Assembly (NCBI RefSeq): GCF_009914755.1
Contig: NC_060934.1
Direction: 5' to 3' (one strand)
Source of the DNA: the human T2T-CHM13v2.0 reference genome, Homo sapiens
Length of the DNA: 64,000 nucleotides
Shown: positions 1 through 16,668 of the stretch, in pieces
Layout of the letters: each line of letters opens with the position of its first letter
Position numbering within the stretch: position 1 is the first letter of the stretch
Made by a program: the position numbers and the translations under genes
The notes under the pieces: model-generated
Databases searched by the model: none
Told to the model about the DNA's origin: nothing
Seen by the model: only the letters and a program-made list of their open reading frames with translations

Positions 1-357
1 AACCGATTGAAAGCATATAAGCTATTATAATCGAGCAGTGGCTCAGTTGTAAAAAGTCTTCTTGGGGTTGAATTCACATCTTGTGGAAAAGCCAGGGGCC
101 ACATAGCAGATCAGTCTTGGTTTCTCTTCAGTCCTATCTTATTTTTTATCTGAAACAATATAAACCAGCTTGCCTTTTATCTTATTTACTGTTATTTTCA
201 CTGAATTGTTTTTAATGGTTAAACCCATCCCCAATAATTAATTAGCTTAAGATATTGGAGCGAATGCTGTAGGATCTGAAATTGTTTTTCAGAAACAGTT
301 AATGTTTTGAGAATTGATGTCATTTTAGACTTAAATGCTTTTATGTTTCCTGTCTAC

Positions 358-358
<1 letters not shown>

Positions 359-387
<29 letters not shown>
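359..387. repeat. (TG)14 microsatellite at the tail end of an Alu
   Basis: Direct read. Confidence 0.95.
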
Positions 388-389
<2 letters not shown>

Positions 390-683
390 CTTTTTTTTTT
401 TTTTTTTCCTGAGATGGAGTCTCGCTCTGTTGCCTAGGCTGGAGTGCAGTGGCACGATCTCGGCTCACTGCAACCTTTGCCTCCTGAGTTCAAATGATTC
501 TCCTGCCGCTCAGCCTCCCAAGGAGCTGGGATTCCAGGCATGCGCCACGACGCCCAACTAATATTTGTATTTTTAGTAGAGACAGGGTTTCGCTGGTCTC
601 AAACTCCTGACCTCAGGTGATCCACTTGCCTTGGCCTCCCAAAGTGCTGGGATTTTAGGCGTGAGCCACCACCACGCCCAGCC
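390..683 (-). mobile_element. Alu (S-type)
   Basis: T-tract then gagatggagtctcgctctg...gtgagccacc. Confidence 0.95.
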
Positions 684-2256
684 CTTGTATGTGTATTGTA
701 ATAATGTTTACTTTTTAAAAATCAATACATTATTTGTTACTTTTCAGTTTTTTTTCCTCTTAGTATTTATTCTTAGGTATATGTGTGGTTTTTGAAAAGC
801 CATCTTCTGACTTTAAAAAGCACTAATTTTGTGGATGCTGCAGTGATGTATCATTATGGTTTTTCTTCTGCCTAGGCTCAGAATTTATCAGAATCAGGTG
901 GTTAAAATCAGGCCTGTTGGTCAGAGTGGTAGTTTATATTTTGGTTTGTTAGCGCTGTTTCTTCCTTATGACATTAGATACTACTCCTCTTTCTATTGTA
1001 ATTCTTTCAATATCATTAATGTTGCTGTCAGTGGAGGAATGCAAGGAAGCATATAGAGGGCTTGTGTTTTGTGTAGTTTTACTTTAGAAGACCCTTAATT
1101 GGTTGGCCTTTGGGTTTTTGAGAAAGCATCATGTTAAGGAATTACACCAAATAAAATTTAAAACTGAAAATTTTGAATCATATAGTCAGAACTCTTTGAA
1201 TATTGACTGGATTCTAATGTGTATGAGGAATTTCCTTTTTGGGTTTGGATATTATGTATCATTTAGGATTGTATGCTGGTAGAGAGTATTGTTAACTCGA
1301 TAACAAGAATTAAAATGAGAAAAAAAGAGTATTAGAACAGTCTTGGGATCTGGATGTTGTCGTTTTTATTTTGGTTTTTAGTGTTTTGACAGTGAGCAAA
1401 TCCACTTGGCTGCTTTTTTTTTTTTTTTTTTTTTGTCTTCTTGGGTAAAGAACAAGGTTGAATTTGATAATCTCCAAGGTCCTTTTCAGAATAAATGATT
1501 TGAGACCTGTACAGGAGAGCCTTTCGATTTTTGTACTTTAATTTCTGCTTTCAAATATTTGTTCTGTGTCCTGCCAGCTCATGGTAACTTTCCCTGCCCG
1601 AGGTAGTATTTATGGCTTCATTTGTTTGTGTGGAGACGAATGGAATATTTTCCCCCAATGTTCATTTAATATTTTCATCAGTATATAGAGAAGGATGGAA
1701 CAGGAAAATAGTTATCTCTGGATTTATTAGGTTTAAATTGAGAAACAAGGTTGAAAATTTTCACAACTATTATAAACAAATCTTTTATAGTTTTTGCTGT
1801 ATGTACTGTATGTACTATTTGTTTACAAATAATTTTTGTTTATGTAAAAAGTGATTTACTTTGTAGCCTTGTTAATACAGCTTTCAATTTAGTAAATCTT
1901 AAGCTGCTTGCCAGATACAGTATTCATTTTCTGCTTAAGTCAGGAAATACTCATTTTGACTCTTGAAATAGTAGATACTAAGCATTTTAAACTTAATCCA
2001 CTGGGCAAATACAATTTTTATTTCTGGTGGGTTTAATTTTTTTAATGAAAAATGAATTTCATATTTCAGAAATTCTTGTGTATTTGTATTTTAAATGTAT
2101 GGCTTTTTCTTTTTTCCTTAAGGCACTCATGGTGTTGAAGAACAAAGGCATTATATGGTTTTATAGTGCCGTTTAAGATTGAGGGAAGGGTTGTTACTGT
2201 TTTAAGTTAAAGTTTTAAGGTTGTTAAGGTATATAAGTAGAGTGTAAATATTAATA

Positions 2257-2884
<628 letters not shown>

Positions 2885-3957
2885 TACCTAAATGTGATGA
2901 TTTATTTTTTGTGAAAATGGATTTTTTCAAAATGCAGATATCTAGAATCAGTTAATATTTGTAAAGTTGTTTGCTTCTGTTGCTGTGGAATGGAAGGAAC
3001 TACTGAGGTTTAATAAAACTTAAGAGTTGTATTAACTTAAGTTCATTTTTGTATCTTGGTTTCCCTTATTTTGCTTAGCTCATTGTTCTCCCTTATCCCC
3101 AATATCCACGAATAGCTCATGAATTTGTTCACTTTTTCTAGGTTGGGCCATGATTGTTTCTTGCTCTAAGAGTCATACTACCCCACCATTCCCTCCCAGT
3201 TCATTCTCCACATTGCAGTCAGAATCACCTTTTAAGAAAAGCACACTTGCTTGTTCTTTTTGTAAAAATCTTTTATTGCCCTTAAAATGAAGCACAGACA
3301 TTACAGTGGCCAACTCCTATGTCTTTCTACTTTTCCACCCCTCCGCTTTGCTCTTTCATTGAAGATGTTCTTTGAGGTAAGAGTTCTGACTTATCTTGGG
3401 TACCTCACACATGCTTTTTCTTTCTAGAATACTCTCTTTCCATCAGCTCCTTTTGCCTAGTTAATTCCTTATTTTTCAGGCTTCAACTTAAAAGTTACTT
3501 CCTCTGTCCTCTCAACCCCCAAGTCTAGGTTACTTAGCATATCCGTTATCACATATAATAGTTTATGATGATACTATTTTAGTATCTGAAACAGAATTGT
3601 GTGTTTTCCCCTCCCAAACCTGCTTTTCTCAGGTCTTGGGCATTTTGTTAAGTGGAAACTACAGTTTCCCAATTGCCAGGCCAGTAATCTTGAGCCTCCT
3701 CCTTAACCGGTCTTTCTGCTTTCCAACCTTCTACTCTTCAGTATCTTTATGTAGCAATGAGCTCCAGTTACTCTTCTGCTCAAAACCCTCTCAGATGTCC
3801 TTGCAAGTGGCTCATGAGGCCCTACACGTTGTTAACTCCTGCCTAGCCCCCTTACCTCTCCAACCTTATATCTCTGAGTTATGCTCTTCACTTAGGTTTA
3901 CTCAGTCACATGAACATTGTAGTTCCTTGAGCATTCCAGGCACATTCCTGCCTTACA

Positions 3958-4620
3958 TTAGAGAAAATGTTATTCAGTGATACTTGTTTAAAGCACAGTA
4001 AGGAAGATTTTTTTTTCTGGGACTATTGCAGTAGATACAAGAACCACTGCAACCAGGTCTTGGGGTTGGTGGGAGTGTTGGGCTCAACTCTGAATGCAGC
4101 ATGAGCAAGTGGGAATTCATAGCAAGGAGTAGTGTAGGAGTCAGTGGGTGGAAAATTACTAAGGAAACATACAGTGGTGAGGGGGATTTGGCTAAACCAA
4201 CTGCTATGGTTTGAGTGCGTTCCCTAAATTTTTATTTCTTGGAAACTTAATTCCCAGATTCATATATTGATCGTATTTGGAGGTTGGGCCTTTGGCAAGT
4301 AATTAAGATTAGATAAGTCACCAGTGTAGGGCCCCCATGATGGCATTGGTGGCTTTGTAAGAAGAGGAAAAGAGACCTGAGCTTGTGTGCACTTGACCTC
4401 TTGCCATGTGATGACTGGCACCATGCTGTACAACTTTCCAGCTTCCAGAACCACGAACTAAATGAGCTTCTATTCTTTATAAATTACACAGTCTGGTATT
4501 CAGTTATAGCAACAGAAAACTAGGACACCAGCCAAGCAGGATTCCTGCTGAATATTGGCCAGGGTGATTAGACATCACCTGGGAGATAGTGGAGGATGAG
4601 AACCCTGATCAGATATCGAG
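3958..4620 (-). mobile_element. MER31-like ERV1 LTR split by an MST LTR
   Basis: gatacttgtttaaagcacagtaaggaagat, ggctcaactctgaatgcagcatg, gacatcacctgggagatagtggaggatgagaaccctgatcagatatcgag. Confidence 0.7.
4202..4527 (+). mobile_element. MaLR solo LTR (MSTC/MSTD-like)
   Basis: tgctatggtttgagt ... ttatagcaacagaaaactaggaca, with near-identical 5-bp flanks ccaac/ccagc. Confidence 0.8.
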
Positions 4621-4954
4621 CATATCTGTTTGAGATACTGATTTCCTTTCCTTTGGATAGATATCCAGTTGTAGGTTTGCTGGATCATATGGTAGTTCTA
4701 TTGTTAATTTTTAAAGAAGCCTCTATTCTGGTTTCCATTATTTCCACCAATAGTGTACAAAGGTTCCCTCCTCTGCACCCTCACCAACACTTAACCTCTT
4801 GTTTTTTCCATAATAGCCATCCTAAGAGGTGTGAGCTAATAGATCATTGCAGTTTGATTTGCATTTCTCTGATTAGTGATACTAAGCACTTTTTAATATA
4901 CCTGTCAACCATTTGTATGTTTTAAAAATGGTAGATTCAATTTCGTTGCCCATT

Positions 4955-4993
<39 letters not shown>

Positions 4994-5690
4994 CATTAAG
5001 CTGGTGAGTTCCTTATAGATTTTGGATACTTAACCCCTTATCACAAATATGGTTTGCAAATATTTTCTACTATTTTGTAGGTTGTTTTTTCGTTTTGTTG
5101 ATTTTTTTCTTTTTTTCGTGCAAGAAGCTTTTTAGTGTGATATAGTCACACGTATTTTTGCTTTTGTTGCCTGTGCCTTTGGTGTAGTATTCAAAAAATT
5201 ATTGCCAAGACCAAAGTCAAAGAGCTGTTTTGTCCCCTATGTTTTCTTGTGGGAGTTCTACAGTCTCAGACCTTATATTTTCAGTTGTTATTCATTTTGA
5301 GTTACTGATTGTATATGGTGTACAACAAGGATCCAATTTCATTCTTCTGCGTGCGGCTATCCAGTTTTCCCAGCAACATTTTTTGAAGAGGCTTTCCATT
5401 TCCGTTTCTCATTGTGTATTGTTGTCAAAGCTTATTTGACCATGGAAGCATGGGTTTATTTTTGGGTGTTCTGTTGCATTGGTGTGTGTTTCTGTTTTTA
5501 TACCAGAACCATACTTTTTTTATTATTACCATAGCTTTGTAAGATGCTTTTAAATCAAGAATTGTGATACCTCCAGCTTTGTTCTTTCTCAAAATGCTTA
5601 GCTATTTGTGGTCTTTTTATGTTCCCTACAAATTTTGGGAGTTTTTTTTTTTGTGTTGAAAATTTCATTGGAATTTTGATAGGTATAAGT
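4621..5690 (-). mobile_element. Old L1 (L1M) ORF2/3' fragment
   Basis: gatcatatggtagttctatt, gatttgcatttctctgattagtgat, atccagttttcccagcaacat. Confidence 0.85.
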
Positions 5691-5989
5691 CACGGTTATT
5701 TAAGTTGAACAGCCTTTTTCTAATAACAACTGGTAATATAGGTGTTTATATCCTGACTCAGGTTCCTGTGCCAGATTTTTAAAGATAAATTTGAGTGCCT
5801 TGTAATATTGACTAATAAACTGTTAGGCATAATTTAATGCATTTTCAGTGCCAATAAAAATCACCTTATTGAAGCAATGTGATAATATTATAAAACTGTC
5901 AATATTATACAGTGTCATTAGCTATATAAAGGATATGAGATTTTCTTTTGTATAAACAGTCAAAATTGGAAAATAAAGGAATAGTTGTA

Positions 5990-6670
<681 letters not shown>

Positions 6671-8623
6671 TTAGAGTCACTTGAAACACTTTGAGAAACT
6701 CCTTGTGGGTCATCTTTTGGCCTATCTCTTTCCTTATAAAATATCTACAAGAAAACTCAATCTTTAGAGAGAAAACTTTGTGAAATTATTTTTCTCCTTT
6801 TTTTTTCTGTTGCCACTTTGTTCTCTAGTGTTTAAAATTTAAAGATTTTATTGAGGAGAGTGATTTACAATCAGACCTTAAGCAGTTAGGGAGCTCAGCC
6901 TGCGGTGTTTGAGGGGAAAGCTAATATAGGGTAAATGCAGAAGCAGAGCAAAGAAATTATTTGATTTCTTAATGTTTGAGCAGTTGCCTTATTTGGACTA
7001 AGTGGGAAGTTCAAGACATTGTAACTAATACCTATTTGGCCACCTGTGATTGGCTGAGTGTGTTTCATTTTCATTAGGAAGCCGGGTTTGTTTAATTTTA
7101 ATTCTTTTGAGTTATGTGTAGCAATCTATTTGTATAAATATAAATTGTAAAAAAAAATTATGTAAGTGAACCACCTGTGTTATGTTCCAAAATTTTCTAT
7201 TTTTTATGTTGTTCCTCATTGCCTTCATTGTATCAGAGACTAAAATCATGGGTATTAATGAAAGCAAGTAAAATAATAGTGAGTTTGCTTTACAGTGAAT
7301 CAATAAAGTCTGGTGCACTCAAGAAATTCAAGGAATCCAAAGGTGGTGCTGTCCTGTGGTAAAGATAAGTTGCAAAGAGTAGAATATAATTTTTGTGCAC
7401 TGTGGGCTTTTTACTTGATACAGTTGGCTGGCCCTTAGAGGTCAAGTATTGCTTTTGATGTTATTGGAATGTTGGAAAATATCAGAAAATCCTAGAATGA
7501 CGAATACGGGTAGTTCATTTGGTGCAAATCAACCCAGCTCAATTTGTTAATATAACAAATAGAATGTGTAAAATAAAGCTTTGGAGGTGGGTGTAATATT
7601 TTCCATGAGACACTTAACGTAGTACGTAAATATATCAGGCAGCCTAGTGTGTCAAGTACTGTGGGTATGGTAGACAACAGATTAGTTAAATCTCTGCTCT
7701 CGAGAAACCTGATGTGTGTGTGTGTGTGTAAGTCTGATGTTCTCTTGGGTGCGATAGTATATGAGTTGGTGATAGTGCTGTCTTGTAGAAAAATAAAGCT
7801 AGGTAAAGGAGGAAGTAGTAAGATATGCTTGGGAAGTAGGAGTTGCTTTTTTATGTAACAATGAGGAAGCTAAGCCTGTGGCTTTGGGAGTGAGGGAAGT
7901 GTGTTCTAGGCAGAGAACAGTAAATGTCCAGGCCTTATGGTGAGAGTGTTTGTTTAAACAAGATAGCTACCAGTGTGTTTCTGGTGGGAAAGTAATGCAA
8001 GATGAGTTCAGGGAAGGAGTAACGAGTTGACCTAAGAAGGAAACGGAGGCAAAATTAATATAGAGATTTCCTTTGGACCAAGGTTGAGCACTGCAGCCCC
8101 AAAAACACTGGGAGGTGTTCTGTTTAGCATTTGTGACAAGCAAGTTTGTAAAGACAAGGAAACAAGGAGTGGGCTGATACAAGGATGTTTGATGGCAGTT
8201 CCCACTGGTTTACAGAAATAACACTGATTATTGTTATCGTTAATGATAAGGGATAAGTTAAGGTGTCCAGCATATCATTGTTAGGTTAATTTACGGCTAC
8301 TTGGTGTCAGTCTAGAACCCACATAGCAAGAAACTTCAAGAGGTGATTAGTTAGCTTGAGCGGGGAGTGAGACATGACTTCGTGTCACATTTCATTGCCT
8401 CTCTGGGCCTGATGAAAGGGTTCACATTCCTCAGATAGATGTTTCTTTTCTTTCTCACAAGGGCTAGATCATGTAAGGTCTTGCAGGCTTTTGGAAAGGA
8501 TTTTGGTTTTTCCTCTGAATAGAATGACTTGGATTAGGGTAATGACAATAGATGTAATGTGATTCTGGATAATTTTGAAAGAATCAACTGACTGATGAAC
8601 TGGAAGTTAAGAACGAAGAATAA

Positions 8624-8922
8624 GGCCAGGCGTGGTGGCTCATGCTTGTAATCCCAGCACTTTGGGAGGCTGACGTGGGAGGATTGCTTGAGCCCAGGAG
8701 TTCGAGACCAGGCTAGGCAACATAGTGAGACTCTGTTTCTGCAAAAAATAAAATAAAAAATTTAAAAATTAGCCAGGCATGGTGGTAGGCACCTGTAGTA
8801 CCAGCTGCTAGGGGATGGGAGGCACCTGAGGGGGCAATCACAGATAGCTTGAGACTAGGAGGTCTAGCGAGCCGTCCTGATGCCACTGTATTCCAGCCTG
8901 GGCAACAAAGCGAGATCCTGTC
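8624..8922 (+). mobile_element. AluJ-like element with degenerate right arm, within L2-like sequence
   Basis: ggccaggcgtggtggctcatg... with a disrupted right monomer. Confidence 0.85.
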
Positions 8923-9236
8923 GGGAGTTAGGAGTGTGTGTGGGGGGCACGATTTTAAGCCGAAGCAGGCATTAGCTGGAATTGCTTATTGAGATGAGGA
9001 AGACTATAGAGCAAAATGTTTGTGGTGTGAAGAGAATCGGGAATTTTGTTTTTTTGTGTCGTCTTATGCCTGAGATTCTGGTTTAGACACCAAACAGATG
9101 TTGAGTAGGCAAATAAGTAGGTAGAGTCTAGAGTCGAAGGCACAGATTTGGGCTGAGGTTATCTGCATGTACATGGAATTTAAAGCCGTGAAACTAGTAT
9201 ATTCCACCCAGACTCTTAAAGAAATTGAGTAAAGAC

Positions 9237-9425
9237 CAGGAACCTGCAGACTCTGTAAAGGACACATGTAAATATTTTTGGCTTTGCTGCTATAGAGTCT
9301 CTTGCAAACGTAGTAGTATTCAAGTCTGCCTATATAGTGTAAAAGCAGCCACAGGCAAGATGGAAGTGAAGGGGTGTTGCCAGCTTTGACCAGTAGGCAG
9401 ATTTTCCTAATTTGTACACTCCTGC
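9237..9425 (+). mobile_element. MER58-like hAT MITE
   Basis: ctgtaaagg...gtaaatatttttggctttgc...aaagcagccacag. Confidence 0.65.
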
Positions 9426-9550
9426 TGTAGACAGGAAGTTAAGGCTTTGGGGGGATCCCTGTGTTACTATGTTGAGGAGGCAAGGATATGAGGAGAGACT
9501 AGCAAATGAGACCGAGAAGGAGTGGCATGTGAGGTAGGAAGAGAACCTAG

Positions 9551-9613
9551 AGAATGTCTACTGAATACCAGATGAAGAGAATGTCTACTGAATGCCAGAT
9601 GAAGAGGATGTCT
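9551..9613. repeat. 27-bp tandem duplication (about 2.3 units)
   Basis: agaatgtctactgaat(a/g)ccagatgaag twice. Confidence 0.9.
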
Positions 9614-10209
9614 CAAGGATATGTGAGTGTATACTGTGTCTAGGTCTGCCAGTAGATCAGATACTGTAATAACTGAAAATCTGCAACCTAGAGGGCATTG
9701 ACATTGCTGGAGAGCAGTTATCAGTGGACTTGGGAATATTTCAAAATATTTTAGCTTATGTTCTATCTTTTAACATGAAATATTGATGGCCAAGTTACAC
9801 AAACAGTAATACAAGGTGATGATCAGCTACAGCTCTCCAGAACTGGGTACTCGCCACTCAATTACACATAAAGGAAGCCCCCATGTACTACCTGTTCTCA
9901 GTCATTTTATTCTCTAACCCTTCTCTTCCCAGAATTGTCCTGATTTTGTCATTCCCATAATTTGACTATCTTGTTTCTAGTTTGGATTTATCCAAAATGC
10001 AGTTTTACAGATTTTCCTTTGACAAGAATTTAATCCAAAATGAAAAGTTCACTTTTAAATGTTTTTTTTTTTAAAGATGGCATAAACGATTTACATTAGA
10101 GCACGTGTGTATTTAATGGAATTTGACCCTGTGGGAAAAAAGGATTATGGAACTTTTAAGTTTTTTCGCTAGGTGGGATAATGGGTGAAATAATACAGGT
10201 TTTTTGAAA

Positions 10210-10500
10210 CCCCGGCGTCTTTAACCCCTGGGCCACAGACCAGTACCTTTCTGTGGCCTGTTAGCAATCAGGCTTCACAGCAGGAGGTGAGCGGCAGTTG
10301 AGCAAGCATTGGAGCCGGAGTTCCGCCTCCTGTCAGATCAGCCACGGCATTAGATTCTCATAGGAGCATGAGAACCCTATTGTGAACTGTGCATGCGAGG
10401 AATCTAGGTTATGTACTCCTTATGAGAATCTAACTAATGCCTTATCTGAGGTGGAATCGTTTCACCCCAAAACCATCAACACCTTCCCAACCACCCTCTA
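10210..10500 (+). mobile_element. MER1B (hAT-Charlie), 3' truncated
   Basis: cagcaggaggtgagcggc...cctcctgtcagatcagc...gcattagattctcataggagc. Confidence 0.85.
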
Positions 10501-10629
10501 CCCTCATTGAATTGGAATTGTTGGGAAGAAGGGTAAGGATGAGAAGCAGGTAGGGTGCAGAGACTAGGAGCTGAGTATGATCTGTGATACGCTACAGACA
10601 GCTGAGATTAGTTCTGTTTTCTAATAGAT

Positions 10630-10920
10630 TTTCTTTTTGAGATGGAGTCACGTGCTCTGTCACCCAGGTTGGAGTGCAGTGGCGCCATCTTGGTTCACTG
10701 CAACTTTGCCTCCTGAGTTCAAGTGATTCTCCTGCCTCAACTTCCTGAGTAGCTGGGATTGTAGGTGTGCGCAACCACATCTGGCTAATTTTTATATTTT
10801 TAGTAGAGACGGGGTTTCACCATGTTAGCCAGGCTGGTCTCGAACTCTGACCTCAAGTAATCCGCCCACCTCAGCCTCCCAAAGTGTTGGGATTACAGGC
10901 ATCAGCCACCAGGCCCAGCC
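10630..10920 (-). mobile_element. Alu (Sx/Sz-like)
   Basis: Full antisense Alu. Confidence 0.95.
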
Positions 10921-12106
10921 AATTTTCTAGTAGATTTTCTATGTGTTTTTTTCCAGTTTCTTAAGAGCAGTGACAATATTTGAAAATTTGTTGCAAATAT
11001 AATGATTGATCATTTTACAACCATGATTTTTTGGTCTGATATAGTGATTGATCTGGTATTTTACAACATGATTTTTGGTCTGGTATGTATTGTCTTTGCA
11101 CATAGGAGATGCTGAATGATATGGTGATTTAGTAAGTGTTATTAATGTTTCTGAATTTGAATATATTTTCAGAACATATTTTTATGAGATAAGAAAGGTA
11201 GTAAACATTAATAAAGCTGAAAACATTTAGGCATTTCATTCTGTGCTTATTTGAAGAGGTTAAACTAATTACATTATGGCTATACTGTAACCAAATATCA
11301 GATGTTGTATAAATTGTAGTGCATTAATGACAGTGATAGAATGAAAATAACAAAGTTAGCATTAGGGCAAAACCTCTAGCCTGTGGTTGTCTTCCCAGTT
11401 TGTGGCTTTGGGCTTTTTTTTTCTTTAATGCTGTTTTTCAAACTGTGAAAAATGTATTTTTTACTACCTTCTGCAAAGATTTTCTTGAAAAATAAATAAC
11501 GGTGAAATCTGTAACAATTACTAGTGTGCAGCGGGTGATCAAAAATTTTATTTTCTTTTGTGTTTTATGTTTGAGTAAAACTCTTTGGAGTTAGGTACAA
11601 AGAACTATATTACTCTTTCAGCATGACTCTTTTATTCAATTTTATTTTTTGTAGAGATAGGGTTTCACCATGTTGGCCAGGGTGGTCTCGAACTCCTGAC
11701 CTCAAGTGATCTGCCTGCCTTGGCCTCCCAAAGTGCTGGGATTACAGGTGTGAGTCACCGCATGTGGCCGAGCATTTTAGCATTACTCTTTTCAAGTAAT
11801 TTGATTCTTTTCCTTCTAGTTGGGAAGATTAGTAATACCCAGTGTTCCTATCTTTTCTTAATTTTCACTTAATGGCCAACCTTAGTGATTATGTTCTAGG
11901 AGGTAGAACAAGTGAGGTTTTAGAGGAAAAACAAAAGAGTTAATAGTTCTCTATTTTAGGAAATATTTGTTAGAATTCTTAAAATGCTATATTTTGTAAC
12001 AGTAATCAGTTAAGTTTGGGAATTTTTATAGTATATTTTGACATAAGGTATCTTTAGTCTTTTTGGTTCTTCAACATGTTTTAGATTTGTGGCAGTTTAA
12101 TGATAG

Positions 12107-12470
<364 letters not shown>

Positions 12471-12567
12471 TTAGTATACAGTATTTTTAACAAGAATTAT
12501 AGTAAAATATTATTTGAATAGAGGCTTGTTTTCTGAAACACCATCCAATCTGAAAGTAGAAGAAAAA

Positions 12568-12855
<288 letters not shown>

Positions 12856-13239
12856 CTAGGAACAAGAACAATGGGAAGGGAAAATGTCCTGTGGTCAGAT
12901 ACTGTTGTTGTAGCTAGAAGGCAAAAATGAGTTTTTGGATTAAGTTTTGATGCTGACTGAAGTCATAGAGATGGAAGAAGAGAAGACAGAGAAGGCCATG
13001 GTGGTTAGAGGAGTAGTGGGAGTGATGAAAACACATTAGTGGAAATTAAGGAATGTTAGTGGGGATACTGAGGAGCAGTGACAAAAGAACATCCACCAAC
13101 AATGTCTTTATCATTAGGGACAAGGAGAACAATACCACACTACTCATGCTTGTTAATAGGCAGGAGAATAGACATAAAGGTTATACTTGGGTTTAAACCT
13201 CACCTGTTTATATTTAGCTAGTTTTTTAGGGGAAGAAAA

Positions 13240-13930
13240 ATCTATTTTGAGATAATTGTAGATTTACCTGCAATTATGAAATAATACTGCAGAGAAATTC
13301 AGTATACCCTTCATCCAGTTTGCCACAATGGCATCACCTTGCGTAGCTGTAGTATATTATGACAGCCTCAAAATTGATAATGATAATCCCCATTGTCTCT
13401 ATTGAGATTTTACTAGATTTGCATGCAGTGTGTGTGTCTGTATTTTGTTCCATGCAGGGTTGGTTGTTGTTTTTTGCATGAATACGTTAAGGTGACTACC
13501 GCCACAGTCAAGATACAGAGCAGTTCCATCACAAGAATTCTTTGTGCTACTCTTTTAAAGGCACAGCCTAACCTTCCATAACCCTTAGTAACTACTAATC
13601 TGTTCTCAGCCTCTCTAGTTTTGTCATTTCAGGAATGTGTTATGTATAAATGGTATAGCATTACCCTTTTGAAATGTGCTTTTTTCACTCAGCAAAATTG
13701 CCTTGAAAACCATCCAAGTTGTTATATGTTCCTGTTTTAACCGCTGGTTTGAATGTACCACAATTTGTTTAACCATACGCCATTGAAGGAAATGTGGATC
13801 GTTTCCAGGTTAAGGCTGTTAGCAGTACAGCTCTTATAACATTCATGTACAGATTCTTGTGTGAACATAACTTTTTGTATCTCTGTGATAAATTCCCAAG
13901 AGTGCAACTGCAAAATTCATATGGTAGGTT
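13240..13930 (-). mobile_element. Old L1 3' end (L1MC/MD-like)
   Basis: gataattgtagattta, cacagtcaagatacag, gtacagattcttgtgtgaacata. Confidence 0.7.
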
Positions 13931-13932
13931 AG

Positions 13933-14232
<300 letters not shown>

Positions 14233-16319
14233 TAGGTTATTATGGAAATACCTGAATTTTTAAAAGGAATTTGCTAGATGCTAATTTTTAAATGTACCAA
14301 ATTAGCTTTTCATTTTGCTCATAAAATAACACAAGCAGCTCTTTCTGTACAACCTGCACTTTAATTTTGGTCAGTACATACTGTATAACAAATACACTTC
14401 TTGTTTAATGTATTTAAGGTAATTTATTTTGAGCCTGTCAAACTCTTGAGCTAGTATGTTTTTACAGGTAATTTTGCTGCCACTCTGTATTTTCGAGATG
14501 TTTAAAAATATTAGAGTGTGCAGAAAGCAGGAGCACAATCTAGAATCTGACATTTATACCAAAGTTTCATACTTATAGTACTGCCATTGTGTTAAAAAAA
14601 AATTAGAGTAAAATATAGTACTGAAGGCTACTTATTCTGCCTTAGACGACGTAGGAGACTTGAATCTTAAAAAGCACTTCAGTTTTGTTTGATGCCTAAT
14701 AAAGCTTGGAAAGTCAGACAAAGCTCCAGGGAAGAATACTTTCTGTCTTACTCTTTTGGTGTCTTATACCAGCTTTGGCATATAATAAATGTTCAATAAA
14801 TTAAATGTTTGTTAAGTGAGTATTGTGTGTGCACGTGTGTGTGTGCATATGCTGGGAGTAGGGTGGGGCAAGTGTTGACTGTTTTTATAAAAAAATAGAA
14901 AAAGTGTGAGGAATATATTTTGAGTAAATATTTACTGTATAATGTCAGTCCTTGGACACAAAACAAATTAAGTTGTCAAAATAAGCACATGGTAATCAGA
15001 GTGGCTATTGATCTCAGACAGTAAGCAGGTGAGTTTAGCTGGATTTGGTGTACACTGTCAGTCCTCAAAGTACAGCTACTCCATTTGTGAATGTATGTTG
15101 ATTTTTCTTATGATTGTCTGTATTCTGTAGTTTCCTCTCCCCCAGTGTATTCGAGAATGTCTTCCTATTGCTTTTACTCATGAATGACATCTTAGATTGG
15201 AAAATAATTTTCTGGGTCACATCCAGTTTTTTTCTCTTACCATAAGACATTACTCCATTGTCTTCTGGCATTTAGTGTTACTGTGGAAAAGTCCAAGGTC
15301 AGCCCATTTTTGTTTTGTAAGTGATATGCTTCTGCTGGGATGCTTTTAGAATTTTTGTTAATGGGTAAAATTCAGCAGCTCCACCAGGATATGAGGACAT
15401 GTGTCAGTTTTTTTCAGTTCTTTATTTTTGCTGGTATGTGGTGAGTCCTTTTCAATCTGCAGATTCAGATCTTCTTTTATTTCAGGGAAGTTTTGTTTTA
15501 TTATCCCCTTGAATGTCCTCCCTGTTTTTTTTTTTTTTCAGGACCTTCAGTTTTGCATATATTGGCTTCATCTTTCATATTGGGCATCTTATCTCTAAGT
15601 ACTTTACATTTTTGTCTTATGTGCTTTATGGTATTTCTCTGTTCTGTTTCCTTATGATTGACATTGCTTTCAGTCATGTTATTCTTTTGCTACTTCTAAT
15701 GTGGTTTTATTTTTAAATAATTTCATCTTTTTCCTTAAGTTCCTCTAAATTCCAGCTCTTTTTTTTTTTCTTTTTTGTTGGGGGGACTTTATCTAAAGTT
15801 TTTGGTTTCCTGAAATTTCTTTCGAAGTATATTTTCTTTATGTTGTATACCCCCACTTCCATGTCTGTACAGGCTTTGTGTGTGTTTGTTTTGAGTGGAT
15901 CCAGTGTGGATAGTATGATTAGATACTCTCTGATTCTGCGTCTTACTCTTTTGGACACTATTTTAATTGTGCCCTTAAAATTTGGTGTTTGTAATCTGAG
16001 GCCAGGTTAAGGAAAGAGCTATGAAAGGCATTTATTTGGAAGAGAGTGATAAAGTGAGGAGGTTATATATTTACTCTGAAGGTTTACAGTATTTGATGAA
16101 GTCTCTTCTTAGAGATTACACCTGGGGATCCAGGCAAAGATGTAGGGTGGCGCAGGGCTCCCTTCTGACAATTCTCTACATCACTGGGCCAAAAAAAGGC
16201 AGTTTATTGGTACAGATGACCCTTCTCTCCCACCTCTTCTGCCTGCCATAAGTTTTCAAAATATGTAGCCTTGACAAGAATTGGAACTTGTACCTTCCTG
16301 CATTTCAGTGTGGGCTTTT

Positions 16320-16668
<349 letters not shown>

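Noticed and set aside
2101-2235. Strong-looking acceptor ttttttccttaag at 2122
   Set aside because: There is no convincing matching donor. Such sites are common in a T-rich 32-kb intron.
9551-11090. Short repeats at 9551-9613 and ~11003-11085, considered as an array or CRISPR-like structure
   Set aside because: Only two adjacent units each, no unique spacers, and a primate intron context. These are ordinary slippage duplications.
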